Shown here: in pieces, positions 8,713 to 17,555 of the stretch
Position numbering within the stretch: position 1 is the stretch's first letter
Layout: each line of letters starts with the position of its first letter
From: an uncultured Clostridia bacterium
GTDB lineage: Bacteria; Bacillota; Clostridia; TANB77; CAG-508
Direction: 5' to 3'
Assembly (NCBI GenBank): GCA_944388935.1
Contig: CALXKK010000005.1
Coordinates: 6,383 to 70,382 of the forward strand
Length of the DNA stretch: 64,000 nucleotides
Position numbers and translations under genes: made by a program
The notes under the pieces: model-generated
Database searches by the model: none
Told to the model about the DNA's origin: nothing
Seen by the model: only the letters and a program-made list of their open reading frames with translations

Positions 8713-9887
8713 TGAAAAAATATAAAGAGATTATAATAGCGATAGCAATAATTGTAATAATAATTTTAATACAAATTATTATTTTTAGAACTAGAACTGA
8801 TGTAAATACAAATAATATTAATAATTCTACAAATACTCTATTAGAAAATGTTGAAGAAAACGAAGAAAAAGAATTAGAAAATGAAAAGGCATATAGTATG
8901 CAAAACGGAGGTAAATTTGCAAAAATTGGAGATATAATTATATATAATAATTCGACAGACAAAATATATAAATATGATTGCAAATCAGAAAAATTAGACT
9001 TATTATATACTATGGAAGATGGAGTAGATGAACTATATTTTGATGGTGACTATGTATATGTTATGCCAAATTATTACAGAGGAAAAGGAATTTATAAAAT
9101 AGATTTGCAAGGAAATGCAGAAAAAATATATGGTGGTGCATCTATTCAGTTATGGATTACAGATGATAAGATATATTTTACAGACCAAATAGGATATGAC
9201 AGAATAAATGGAACTCCTCAGGGAAATATGTGTGTAATGAATAAAGATGGAAGTAATAAACAAAAAATTATAGAAAATGTAAAAAATTATTTTAAGATAC
9301 ATAATAATACTATTTATTATACAGATTTAAATTCTAGAAGTATATATTCAGCAAATATAGATGGAACAAATAAAAAAGAGTTAGCAAAAGGAAGAACATA
9401 TATTAGTAATGTAGATGATAATTGTTTAACATATGTTGATTTTGCTGATAATGAAGCATATAGAGTAATATACTTAAATTCAAACGAAAATCATAAATTG
9501 GGAGATTTCGGAAATGATATTTTTTCGGAAGATGGTAATTATGTATTTACAAGAAAGATTTTGGATGAGAATAATATAGAAACAGAATTTAGTATATTTA
9601 AAATTAATCCGGAAAACAATACAGAAGAAGTTGTTTGGAAGGCTAATGGAGGATTGGAAAGATTATCATATGTTGATAATGAATTTGCATATCTTTCTTC
9701 AGGTCAAGTTACATATAAAGTTAATTTAAAAACTGGAGAAGAAACAGATTTACCAAAAAGATATTATTACTATTTAAATGGATATGGTTATGCATTTGGT
9801 GATGTAAATGGCGAGGTTACCTCGGTTGAAATATGTGAATTAAAAACATCGCAGACAAAAGAAGTAGAAGTAAATGCAAATTTATAA
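8712..9887 (+). CDS. Membrane-anchored beta-propeller-like protein with repeated IY(F/Y)TD motifs (DUF5050-like)
   Basis: N-terminal TM helix followed by repeats ...KIYFTDQIGYDRINGT... and ...NTIYYTDLNSRSIYSANIDGTNKKEL... The YWTD-like blades are inferred from motif periodicity. Confidence 0.55.
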   Translation: MKKYKEIIIAIAIIVIIILIQIIIFRTRTDVNTNNINNSTNTLLENVEENEEKELENEKAYSMQNGGKFAKIGDIIIYNNSTDKIYKYDCKSEKLDLLYTMEDGVDELYFDGDYVYVMPNYYRGKGIYKIDLQGNAEKIYGGASIQLWITDDKIYFTDQIGYDRINGTPQGNMCVMNKDGSNKQKIIENVKNYFKIHNNTIYYTDLNSRSIYSANIDGTNKKELAKGRTYISNVDDNCLTYVDFADNEAYRVIYLNSNENHKLGDFGNDIFSEDGNYVFTRKILDENNIETEFSIFKINPENNTEEVVWKANGGLERLSYVDNEFAYLSSGQVTYKVNLKTGEETDLPKRYYYYLNGYGYAFGDVNGEVTSVEICELKTSQTKEVEVNANL

Positions 9888-9902
9888 ATTAAGGAGGACA
9901 TA

Positions 9903-10679
9903 ATGAAAAACGTAATTGTAGGATTGCTAATTCCGTTTTTAGGAACAACATTAGGTTCAGGTTTAGTATTTTTTATGAAGAAAAAAGAAATAAATAAAAA
10001 AGTACAAAAATTATTGATAGGCTTTGCAGCGGGAGTAATGATGGCAGCCTCAATCTGGTCTTTATTAATGCCTGCATTAAATATGACAGAGGGGAGATTT
10101 GCATGGGTTCCAGTTGCAGTTGGATTTATGGTAGGAATTATATTTTTGCTTATCTTAGATTCATTAATACCTCATCAACATTTGGAAACAGAAGAATCTG
10201 AGGGATTAGAATCAAATTTAAAGAAAAGTACAAAATTAGTATTAGCAGTTACTATTCATAACATACCAGAAGGAATGGCAACAGGAGTTGTATTTGCTGG
10301 AGCACTAATTGGAAACACTGGAATGACATTAGCTGGTGCAATAGTACTTGCAGTGGGAATGGCAATTCAAAACTTCCCAGAAGGTGCGATAATATCTATG
10401 CCATTAAAAGCAGAGGGAGTTTCAAAAGGAAAAGCATTTTTATATGGGGTCCTTTCAGGAGTTGTAGAACCAATTTCAGCAGTTGTTGCTATTTTGTTTA
10501 CTAATGCAGTAATTCCAATACTACCATATATATTAGCTTTTGCAGCTGGTGCAATGGTATATGTAGTTGTAGAAGAATTAATACCAGAATCACAAGCAGG
10601 AGAGCATACTAATATTGGAACAATTGGTGTAGCATTAGGATTTGTAGTTATGATGATTTTGGATGTAGCATTAGGCTAA
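9903..10679 (+). CDS. zupT: ZIP-family zinc transporter ZupT
   Basis: HNIPEGMA and NFPEGAI signature motifs, 8 TM segments, AAGGAGG RBS. Confidence 0.85.
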   Translation: MKNVIVGLLIPFLGTTLGSGLVFFMKKKEINKKVQKLLIGFAAGVMMAASIWSLLMPALNMTEGRFAWVPVAVGFMVGIIFLLILDSLIPHQHLETEESEGLESNLKKSTKLVLAVTIHNIPEGMATGVVFAGALIGNTGMTLAGAIVLAVGMAIQNFPEGAIISMPLKAEGVSKGKAFLYGVLSGVVEPISAVVAILFTNAVIPILPYILAFAAGAMVYVVVEELIPESQAGEHTNIGTIGVALGFVVMMILDVALG

Positions 10680-10709
10680 AAAATAACTCATTTAGTTTTT
10701 CTAAATGAG

Positions 10710-11075
10710 TTATTTTATATCTAGTTTTATTCCAAATTCATCTAATATGTCATGTAACCCTTGATTTATTTCTTCACGCGAATAATTTGCAGACTCTAAA
10801 GTCTCGTCAGATAATTTATTTAATTTATCATAAAAATTTAAGGCTATAGATAAATGTTTAGAATTTTGAGTATCGATTTTATCAAATAATAAATTTTCAG
10901 CTTCATTAATTTTATTTTCACTAACTAATTTATCTAGAGAATTATATAATTCATCAGATGTAGAATTAACTATGTTTTCTGGGATGTATTCTGTATTAGT
11001 TTGATTTAAAAATACTCTAGCTAAAAATTCTACTAAATCATCAATTTGGTCTAATAACCAATCTTTTTTGTACAT
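10710..11075 (-). CDS. Hypothetical acidic cytosolic protein (121 aa)
   Basis: AAAGGAG RBS 8 nt before the ATG of MYKKDWLLDQ... The ORF track extends 11 codons further upstream without an RBS. Confidence 0.5.
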   Translation of the reverse strand: MYKKDWLLDQIDDLVEFLARVFLNQTNTEYIPENIVNSTSDELYNSLDKLVSENKINEAENLLFDKIDTQNSKHLSIALNFYDKLNKLSDETLESANYSREEINQGLHDILDEFGIKLDIK

Positions 11076-11200
11076 ATCTATTGCTCCTTTCGAGAAACAT
11101 TTTAACACGTAACATCATATTATACAAGAAATTAAGAAAATATTAATTGGATTTTTGAAAGTAATATAGTATAATTATTAAAAAATTGAGGAGGAAGCAA

Positions 11201-11407
11201 ATGAGATGTCCGAGATGTGGAAGTGAAAATATATCGAGTATTGTAAATACTAATACACATACTAAAGGTTTTGATGGTGGAGATGCGTGCTGTGGATATC
11301 TACTTTTTGGGTGGCCAGGTGTGTTATGTGGATTATGTAACACTGGAGATACAAAAACAACTACAACAACTACAAATATTTGTAATGATTGTGGGCATAG
11401 ATTTTAA
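11201..11407 (+). CDS. Small Cys-rich split zinc-ribbon protein (68 aa) with a hydrophobic core segment and a Thr6 run
   Basis: GAGGAGGAAG RBS. Sequence CPRCG...ACCGYLLFGWPGVLCGLC...TKTTTTTTN...CNDCGHRF. Its stop codon overlaps the next gene's start (TAATG). Confidence 0.55.
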   Translation: MRCPRCGSENISSIVNTNTHTKGFDGGDACCGYLLFGWPGVLCGLCNTGDTKTTTTTTNICNDCGHRF

Positions 11408-11769
11408 TGAAGAAGAGTACACAAAGAAAAATCTGGGCATGGTCGATGAGACTAGGAAATAGGTGCGGTTGCCATCAAAGAGAAGATAGAAGTTTTAAGA
11501 TAGGTGAATTTCAATTTCCTATTTGTAGTAGATGTACAGGCATATTATTGGGTCAAATTTTATCAATAATATTAATTCTTTTAAAAGTTAATATTCCCAT
11601 ATATTTAGATTTTATATTTTTAGCAATAATGTTTTTAGATTGGTATATTCAATTCAAAAAAATAAGGGAATCTACTAACCTAAGAAGGCTAGTAACTGGA
11701 ACTTTAGCAGGAATTGCGCAAATAAATATTATATATCAAATAATAATGTTCATAATAAAATTAATTTAA
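11407..11769 (+). CDS. DUF2085-family membrane protein with N-terminal Cys cluster
   Basis: CGCHQ...CSRC followed by 3 TM helices. Translationally coupled to the upstream zinc-ribbon gene. Confidence 0.6.
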   Translation: MKKSTQRKIWAWSMRLGNRCGCHQREDRSFKIGEFQFPICSRCTGILLGQILSIILILLKVNIPIYLDFIFLAIMFLDWYIQFKKIRESTNLRRLVTGTLAGIAQINIIYQIIMFIIKLI

Positions 11770-11834
11770 GTATTGAAAAAAATATAAATTAGGGATAAAA
11801 TAACAGGGAAAAAACAGAAGAAAGGTGGATTACA

Positions 11835-12545
11835 ATGGAATTTCATGCAAATAAAGGAAAAAATGTAGAAATTGAAGTTAATGGAGAAGTATATTTAAGA
11901 CACGCAATTAAAACGAGATTTGTAAAACAAGGAGATAGTTATATAGATTTATTTAAAGAATATGTTTCACCAATATATCAAGAAGGAGATATAGTTTCTA
12001 GTAGTGAAAAAATTATAGCTCTTTGTCAAAATAGAGTATTAAAAAGAGAAGATATAAAAGTAGGATTTTGGGCAAAGTTTTTATCTAAATTTGCACATAA
12101 AACTACTGCAGGAGTTGGTGTTGGAGAGCCTATAAAAATGCAATTTGCTATTAATCAAGTTGGTCTATTAAAAGTATTATGGGCAAGTTTAGCAAGTGCT
12201 GTTACAAAATTGTTCGGTAAAAAGGGTGTATTTTATGAGATTGTAGGACAAGAAGTAAGTGGATTAGATGGTTTCTATGATCACGTATGGAAAGAATATG
12301 GAGATATAGGAATATTATTACCAGAAAATCCAACAAAAGTATGTAACGAAATACATGACAAATTAGGAATTTCTTGTATGATAGTAGATGCTAACGATTT
12401 AGGTCAAGAAGTTATTGGACATTCTGATGATATTAAATTAACAGAAGAGGAATTAAAAGGATTAATAAAAGATAACCCTACAGGACAAGGACAAGAACAA
12501 ACACCATTAATATTAATAAGAAAAAAATCAGCAAATAAAGAATAA
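11835..12545 (+). CDS. CofE-like (F420-0:gamma-glutamyl ligase family) protein
   Basis: EGDIVSSSEKIIALCQNRVL and PENPTKVCNEIHDKLGISCMIVDANDLG resemble the CofE motifs DGDVLVV.SK.VSKAEGR and PENPD...VIITDTNGR. No terminator separates it from the upstream gene pair. Confidence 0.55.
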   Translation: MEFHANKGKNVEIEVNGEVYLRHAIKTRFVKQGDSYIDLFKEYVSPIYQEGDIVSSSEKIIALCQNRVLKREDIKVGFWAKFLSKFAHKTTAGVGVGEPIKMQFAINQVGLLKVLWASLASAVTKLFGKKGVFYEIVGQEVSGLDGFYDHVWKEYGDIGILLPENPTKVCNEIHDKLGISCMIVDANDLGQEVIGHSDDIKLTEEELKGLIKDNPTGQGQEQTPLILIRKKSANKE

Positions 12546-12664
12546 GAAAAAGAGAAATAAGCCATCATCGCAACCTTTGTCTTTAACTTCGTTTTGGTGA
12601 GCTTATGTAGAGATATTAAAAAGTCCATATTTTTATATGGGCTTCTTTAAATGAGGAGTATACA

Positions 12665-13351
12665 ATGAGAAAAAAGAAAAAGAGCAGTTCTCACAAACTA
12701 GTTTTTTTATTAATTATAATTGGAATTATAATTTTTTTACATTATAAAGGTTACATACAATTCGATACATATGCTGCTATAGCAAATAATATAGAAGAGA
12801 AAGATGATAAGATGGAAATAGTTTTAGTAAATAAAGATAACAAAATACCGGATGATTATAAAGTGAATTTGGTAGAATATGATGGACATAAAGTAGATAG
12901 TAGCATTATTAACGATTTAGATGCAATGTATAAAGCAGCCAAAAAAGAAGGAATAAATTTAAAAATAAATACAGCATATAGGGATAAATCTGAGCAACAA
13001 AAAATATATAATAGAAGAATACAAACATACAAAAATGAAGGCATGACTGAAAAGTCTGCAATAGAAAAAACAAATTCGGAAGTTCAAAAACCGGGATATT
13101 CAGAACACGAGACTGGGCTTGCAATAGATTTTAGCAATCCAAGCAAACCAGAAGAAAATGAACCAATGTGGAATTGGCTAAATGAAAATGGATATAAATA
13201 TGGATTTATATTAAGATATCCTAAGGATAAGATAGATATAACAAAGGTTTCAAACGAAGAATGGCACTATAGATATGTGGGCAAAAAAGTTGCAAGAGAA
13301 ATGAATTCAACAGGAGAATGCTTAGAGGAATATGTAAACAGGCTATTGTAA
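12665..13351 (+). CDS. VanY-type D-alanyl-D-alanine carboxypeptidase (peptidase M15B), membrane-anchored
   Basis: SEHETGLAIDF and EEWHYRY zinc-binding motifs. N-terminal TM helix. Confidence 0.8.
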   Translation: MRKKKKSSSHKLVFLLIIIGIIIFLHYKGYIQFDTYAAIANNIEEKDDKMEIVLVNKDNKIPDDYKVNLVEYDGHKVDSSIINDLDAMYKAAKKEGINLKINTAYRDKSEQQKIYNRRIQTYKNEGMTEKSAIEKTNSEVQKPGYSEHETGLAIDFSNPSKPEENEPMWNWLNENGYKYGFILRYPKDKIDITKVSNEEWHYRYVGKKVAREMNSTGECLEEYVNRLL

Positions 13352-13397
13352 AAAAATTATAATATTGTTATAATGTGAAAAAAACGGGGTGGAAAAA

Positions 13398-14519
13398 ATG
13401 GAAAATAAAAAAGTTAATATTGTACTATTCATCATTTTAATAATTATTATAATTGCAATTGTAGTTTTAATAGGAAAATATAATGATCAAATTGCAGAGA
13501 AAGCTCAAGATATTATTCAAAACACAATTGTACCTGTTTTCACATCAGATAATGATAATATAAAAGTAATTCCAACATTGGAGGATAAGGTAACTGGAAA
13601 TGCAGTATGGTGTGGTACATTCCAATTGACATGGAATGATTTAAAAAATGAAATTGTAAAACAGGATATAGAATTTTCACCTCAATTAGAGTGTGCGGAT
13701 AATCTTAACAAATCTACTTTTACAGCAGATATGATTTCTGATGCTGATTATTATAAAACTTATGGAATTATTTCGCCAGAATTGAAAACTCAAATAGAAA
13801 CAGATTTAAATAATAAATTTGGAAGAACAAGTGATTTTATAAATAATTTTGATTGGACTACAGACACAAATAATATAAGATACTTATTATATGCAATGCT
13901 TGTAAAAGATTTAAAATTTGCTACGCCATTTGATGACCTAGAAACAGGTAATTTTGCAGGCAAGGATACAAAAACGAGTTATTTTGGATTAAAAGCAAAT
14001 TCTAATAATTCAGAAGCTAGAAGTCAAGTTAGTGTGCTTTATTATAATAATGGAAAAGATAAGGCAATTTCTATATCAACTACTACAAATGATGAAATAA
14101 TTTTGTGTAGAACTGATACTTTGCAGAACTTTAATCAAGTGTATGAAAAAATAAATAATGAAAGACAAAATTATAAAGGAATAACTACATTAGAAGATGC
14201 AGATATATTAAAAGTTCCAGAGCTTAGTATGGAATCAGAAAAAGAATATAAAGATTTAGAAAATAAAGAGTTTGAAAGTACTGACGGAGAAAAACTAAAA
14301 ATAGAAAAAGCAATACAGAACATAAAATTTGAATTGAATAAAGAAGGAGCAAAGGTTTCAAGTGAAGCGGGTATGTCAGTAGAAACAAGAGCAATAGAAC
14401 CAACAGAAAGTAGAGATTTTTCTTTTGATGATAAATTTGTTATTTTTATTAAAGAAAAAGATAAAGATTTACCATATTTTGCATTAAATGTATCTGATAT
14501 AGCAGATTTTCAGAAGTAG
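13398..14519 (+). CDS. Membrane-anchored serpin-family protein (putative serine-protease inhibitor, predicted P1 Arg)
   Basis: The C-terminus GAKVSSEAGMSVETRAIEPTESRDFSFDDKFVIFIKEKDKDLPYFALNVSD aligns position-for-position with the serpin hinge/RCL and s4B-s5B region (alpha1-antitrypsin [48 protein letters not shown]). N-terminal signal anchor. ATG 13398 follows a GGGGTGGA RBS. Confidence 0.6.
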   Translation: MENKKVNIVLFIILIIIIIAIVVLIGKYNDQIAEKAQDIIQNTIVPVFTSDNDNIKVIPTLEDKVTGNAVWCGTFQLTWNDLKNEIVKQDIEFSPQLECADNLNKSTFTADMISDADYYKTYGIISPELKTQIETDLNNKFGRTSDFINNFDWTTDTNNIRYLLYAMLVKDLKFATPFDDLETGNFAGKDTKTSYFGLKANSNNSEARSQVSVLYYNNGKDKAISISTTTNDEIILCRTDTLQNFNQVYEKINNERQNYKGITTLEDADILKVPELSMESEKEYKDLENKEFESTDGEKLKIEKAIQNIKFELNKEGAKVSSEAGMSVETRAIEPTESRDFSFDDKFVIFIKEKDKDLPYFALNVSDIADFQK

Positions 14520-14532
14520 TTTTTAGATAAGG

Positions 14533-14565
14533 GCTAGTAAAGTTTTATAATTTTACTAGCTTTTT
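14533..14565 (+). terminator. Rho-independent terminator after the serpin gene
   Basis: GCTAGTAAA-gttttataa-TTTACTAGC followed by TTTTT. Confidence 0.7.
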
Positions 14566-14575
14566 CTTATTTCTT

Positions 14576-14717
14576 GCTTAACTACAATTATTTCATTAAA
14601 AATTGGTCCCCCTTGACATTCGTCAAGGACCATCCACCAATTTTTATGAAATTAATTGTTAGTAATGCAAAGTTCTAACAAAAGGCATTAAAAAATGTAC
14701 AATGCTTAACTACAATT
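14576..14717. repeat. 14-bp direct repeats (GCTTAACTACAATT, at 14576 and 14704) flanking a 48-nt extended hairpin (14598-14645)
   Basis: Exact 14-mer repeated 128 bp apart. Between the copies lies AAAATTGG-TCCCCCTTGAC-attc-GTCAAGG-ACCATCCA-CCAATTTT. Confidence 0.5.
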
Positions 14718-14798
14718 GTTCTTTAAAAAATTGTTTGTTCTATTAAAAAAATGTGGTAGAATATTTATAAAATGATTGCTAATTAGAAAGGAACAGTA

Positions 14799-15707
14799 AT
14801 GACAACAAAAAGAATATTTATTATGGTAAAAATATTAATAGCTATAATATTAATTGGTGTGATATCAGCTATAGTATTAATTGTATACCTATTTAAGGGA
14901 GATATAAAGGCAAAAGTTCCAACATATATAGATGAAGATTATAAAATAAATACATATGAAGAAAAAAATAGACCAGTATATGTAATGGAGCCAAAAGATG
15001 GAGCAACAAATGACTTAGTAATAATGTATGTACATGGTGGTTCATATGTTGCTGATTTAGCAGAGGAACATTGGAAAACTTGTAGTGACATTGTTGACCA
15101 ATTAGGATGTACAATAATACTTCCAGATTATCCACTTACTCCAAAGTATAATTATGAAGATACATTTAATATGATGGAACCATTATACAAAGAAATTATT
15201 GAAAAAATAGATACAAAAAACTTTGTACTAATGGGAGATTCTGCCGGAGGAGGTTTAGCATTAGCTTTGCTAGAAAAAATGGGAGAAGAAGATGTAGCTA
15301 TGCCAAATCAAACAATTTTAATTTCACCATGGCTTGATGTAAGATTGAATAATCCTAAGATAAGTGAAGTAGAGAAGAATGACCCTGTACTTAATAAATC
15401 TGCGTTAAAGCTGGCAGGAGAAAATTATGCCGGTAAAGATGGAATAAATAGCTATTTGGTAAATCCAGTAGATGGTCCATTAGACAAATTAAAAAATGTT
15501 TCTATTTTTACAGGGACATATGATATATTAAATCCAGATGTTCAGCTCTTAAAAGAAAGAGCAGAAGAGGTTGGTACTAAAATTAATGTTTACGAAACAG
15601 ATAAAGCAACACATATCTGGTTATTATATAAATACAAAGATTATAAAAATGATCCACTAGTGCAAGGACCATATAAACAAATGATAGAATTATTAAAAAA
15701 TAATTAA
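14799..15707 (+). CDS. Alpha/beta-hydrolase fold esterase/lipase (HGG oxyanion hole, GDSAGG nucleophile elbow), N-terminal membrane anchor
   Basis: HGGSYV and GDSAGG motifs. Extended -10 promoter TGTGGTAGAAT upstream. Confidence 0.8.
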   Translation: MTTKRIFIMVKILIAIILIGVISAIVLIVYLFKGDIKAKVPTYIDEDYKINTYEEKNRPVYVMEPKDGATNDLVIMYVHGGSYVADLAEEHWKTCSDIVDQLGCTIILPDYPLTPKYNYEDTFNMMEPLYKEIIEKIDTKNFVLMGDSAGGGLALALLEKMGEEDVAMPNQTILISPWLDVRLNNPKISEVEKNDPVLNKSALKLAGENYAGKDGINSYLVNPVDGPLDKLKNVSIFTGTYDILNPDVQLLKERAEEVGTKINVYETDKATHIWLLYKYKDYKNDPLVQGPYKQMIELLKNN

Positions 15708-15718
15708 GGAGCTCGGAT

Positions 15719-16990
15719 ATGAAGAAAAGAGAAAAGAAAGAATTAATGTGGAGAAAATTGGATAATTCAGCAAAAATATTCCCTTTATCATCTAGCAGAA
15801 AATATAGCAGTGTTTTTAGAATATCTGCTGTTATGAAAGAAAAAGTTGTTCCAAAATTTTTGGAAAAGGCGGTTAATAACGCGCTAAATAAATTTAATTT
15901 CTTTAAAGTTAGGTTAAAAAAAGGATTTTTCTGGTATTATTTTGAATACAATGATAAGAAAATAGTAATAGAAGAGGAAAAGGATTATCCTTGTAAATAC
16001 ATAGATCCAAATACAAATAATGACTATCTTTTTAAAGTGACATATTTTGATGAAAAAATTAATATTGATATTTTTCATTCACTTACAGATGGAAATAGTG
16101 CAATACAATTTTTTAAAGAAATTGTATATCAATATATAGAAATTGCATATGCAAAAGATTTTAAAAACGCAGTAAGAACAGATAGAAAATTTGATTTTAA
16201 TATAGAAGACAGCTATTTAAAAAATTATAATAAGAAAGCTAAAAATACAGTAAAAAGTAAAAAGGCATATATTTTAAAGGGAAGAAAAATACCTTTTGAT
16301 GCAGTTAAAGCTACACATGAAATTTTAGATCTAAAAAAATTAAAAGAGATAACAAAGCAAAAAGGTGTTACAATGACACAATATTTAACTGCTGTATTAA
16401 TAAAAGCTATATATTTAGGAAATATGAAACAAATGAAAAACAATAGACCAATAAAAGTTTGTGTACCAGTAAATTTGAAAAAATATTATAAATCCAAAAC
16501 ATTAAGTAATTTCTTTTCTTATATAACTGTTAGTGCAGATGGAGACGAAATAGATTTTAATAATTTAGACGATATATTAAAATTAGTAAAGAATGACTTT
16601 GAAAACTTATTAAAACCGGAAGAAATAATGAAGACAATGTCTTTAAATGTTAAATTAGGAAATAATTTCTTTATAAGGGTAATTCCCCTATTTCTAAAGC
16701 AAATATTTGTAAGATTAAGTTATCTAGAAATTAGAAAATATACAACGACAACATTTTCAAACATTGGTAGAATTGGTATTATAGCAGAATACCAAAAATA
16801 CATAGATCAATTTTTATTTTTAATTGCTCCAGAAAGAGTAGAAAAAATTAAATGTTCAACATGTTCATATGAAGATAAAATGTTTTTTACTTTTACATCT
16901 GTATTAATGAAAACAGATGTAGAAAAAGAGTTTAAAGCAATTTTAGAAGAACAGGGAATTCATGTTGAAATAGAAAGTAATGGTGTTTAA
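15719..16990 (+). CDS. Condensation-domain/WS-DGAT-like acyltransferase (alcohol acetyltransferase-like), HxxxDG motif
   Basis: FHSLTDG matches the HHxxxDG catalytic motif of WS/DGAT and PapA-type acyltransferases. 423 aa. Only 11 nt separate it from the upstream esterase gene. Confidence 0.55.
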   Translation: MKKREKKELMWRKLDNSAKIFPLSSSRKYSSVFRISAVMKEKVVPKFLEKAVNNALNKFNFFKVRLKKGFFWYYFEYNDKKIVIEEEKDYPCKYIDPNTNNDYLFKVTYFDEKINIDIFHSLTDGNSAIQFFKEIVYQYIEIAYAKDFKNAVRTDRKFDFNIEDSYLKNYNKKAKNTVKSKKAYILKGRKIPFDAVKATHEILDLKKLKEITKQKGVTMTQYLTAVLIKAIYLGNMKQMKNNRPIKVCVPVNLKKYYKSKTLSNFFSYITVSADGDEIDFNNLDDILKLVKNDFENLLKPEEIMKTMSLNVKLGNNFFIRVIPLFLKQIFVRLSYLEIRKYTTTTFSNIGRIGIIAEYQKYIDQFLFLIAPERVEKIKCSTCSYEDKMFFTFTSVLMKTDVEKEFKAILEEQGIHVEIESNGV

Positions 16991-16991
16991 T

Positions 16992-17555
16992 ATGTTATAT
17001 CCAAAATTAGATAATATAAAAAGAAATAATATAATTTTAATTTCATCCATAGCAATATCAATTATAGTAATAGATATTTTATTACTTATTAATCTACTTG
17101 TAGATAAAACAAATCATTGGTCACTACTATGTGTTGCAGGAATAATATATGTATATGGTACAATTATCTATTCAAGAAAAAGAAATGTAAATATAGCTTC
17201 TAATGTATTTGTGCAATGTTTGTTAGTTTCTTTATTAATATTGGCAATAGATTATTTTATAGGATATAGTGGGTGGTCCATAAATATTGCAATTCCAATA
17301 GTAATTATAGTAGCAAATTCCACTCTTATGATTTTAACTATTGTAAGTAGAAAAAGATATATGAGATATGCAATGTACCATGTGCTAACTTTTATATTTA
17401 GTATGATTCAACTTATGTTGTTACTTTTTGGGAAGTTGGACAATAAAGTATTAACGATTGTAGCAAGTGGGATAGCGGGACTTTCTTTAGTCTTAACAAT
17501 TATATTGTGTGGAAGAGCAATGTGGGAAGAAACCAAGAAAAGATTACACATGTGA
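16992..17555 (+). CDS. Small integral membrane protein (4 predicted TM helices), overlapping and co-transcribed with the acyltransferase
   Basis: Hydrophobic segments ILISSIAISIIVIDILLLINLL, LLCVAGIIYVYGTIIY, LLVSLLILAIDYFIGY and VLTIVASGIAGLSLVLTIIL. Start overlaps the upstream stop. Confidence 0.55.
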   Translation: MLYPKLDNIKRNNIILISSIAISIIVIDILLLINLLVDKTNHWSLLCVAGIIYVYGTIIYSRKRNVNIASNVFVQCLLVSLLILAIDYFIGYSGWSINIAIPIVIIVANSTLMILTIVSRKRYMRYAMYHVLTFIFSMIQLMLLLFGKLDNKVLTIVASGIAGLSLVLTIILCGRAMWEETKKRLHM

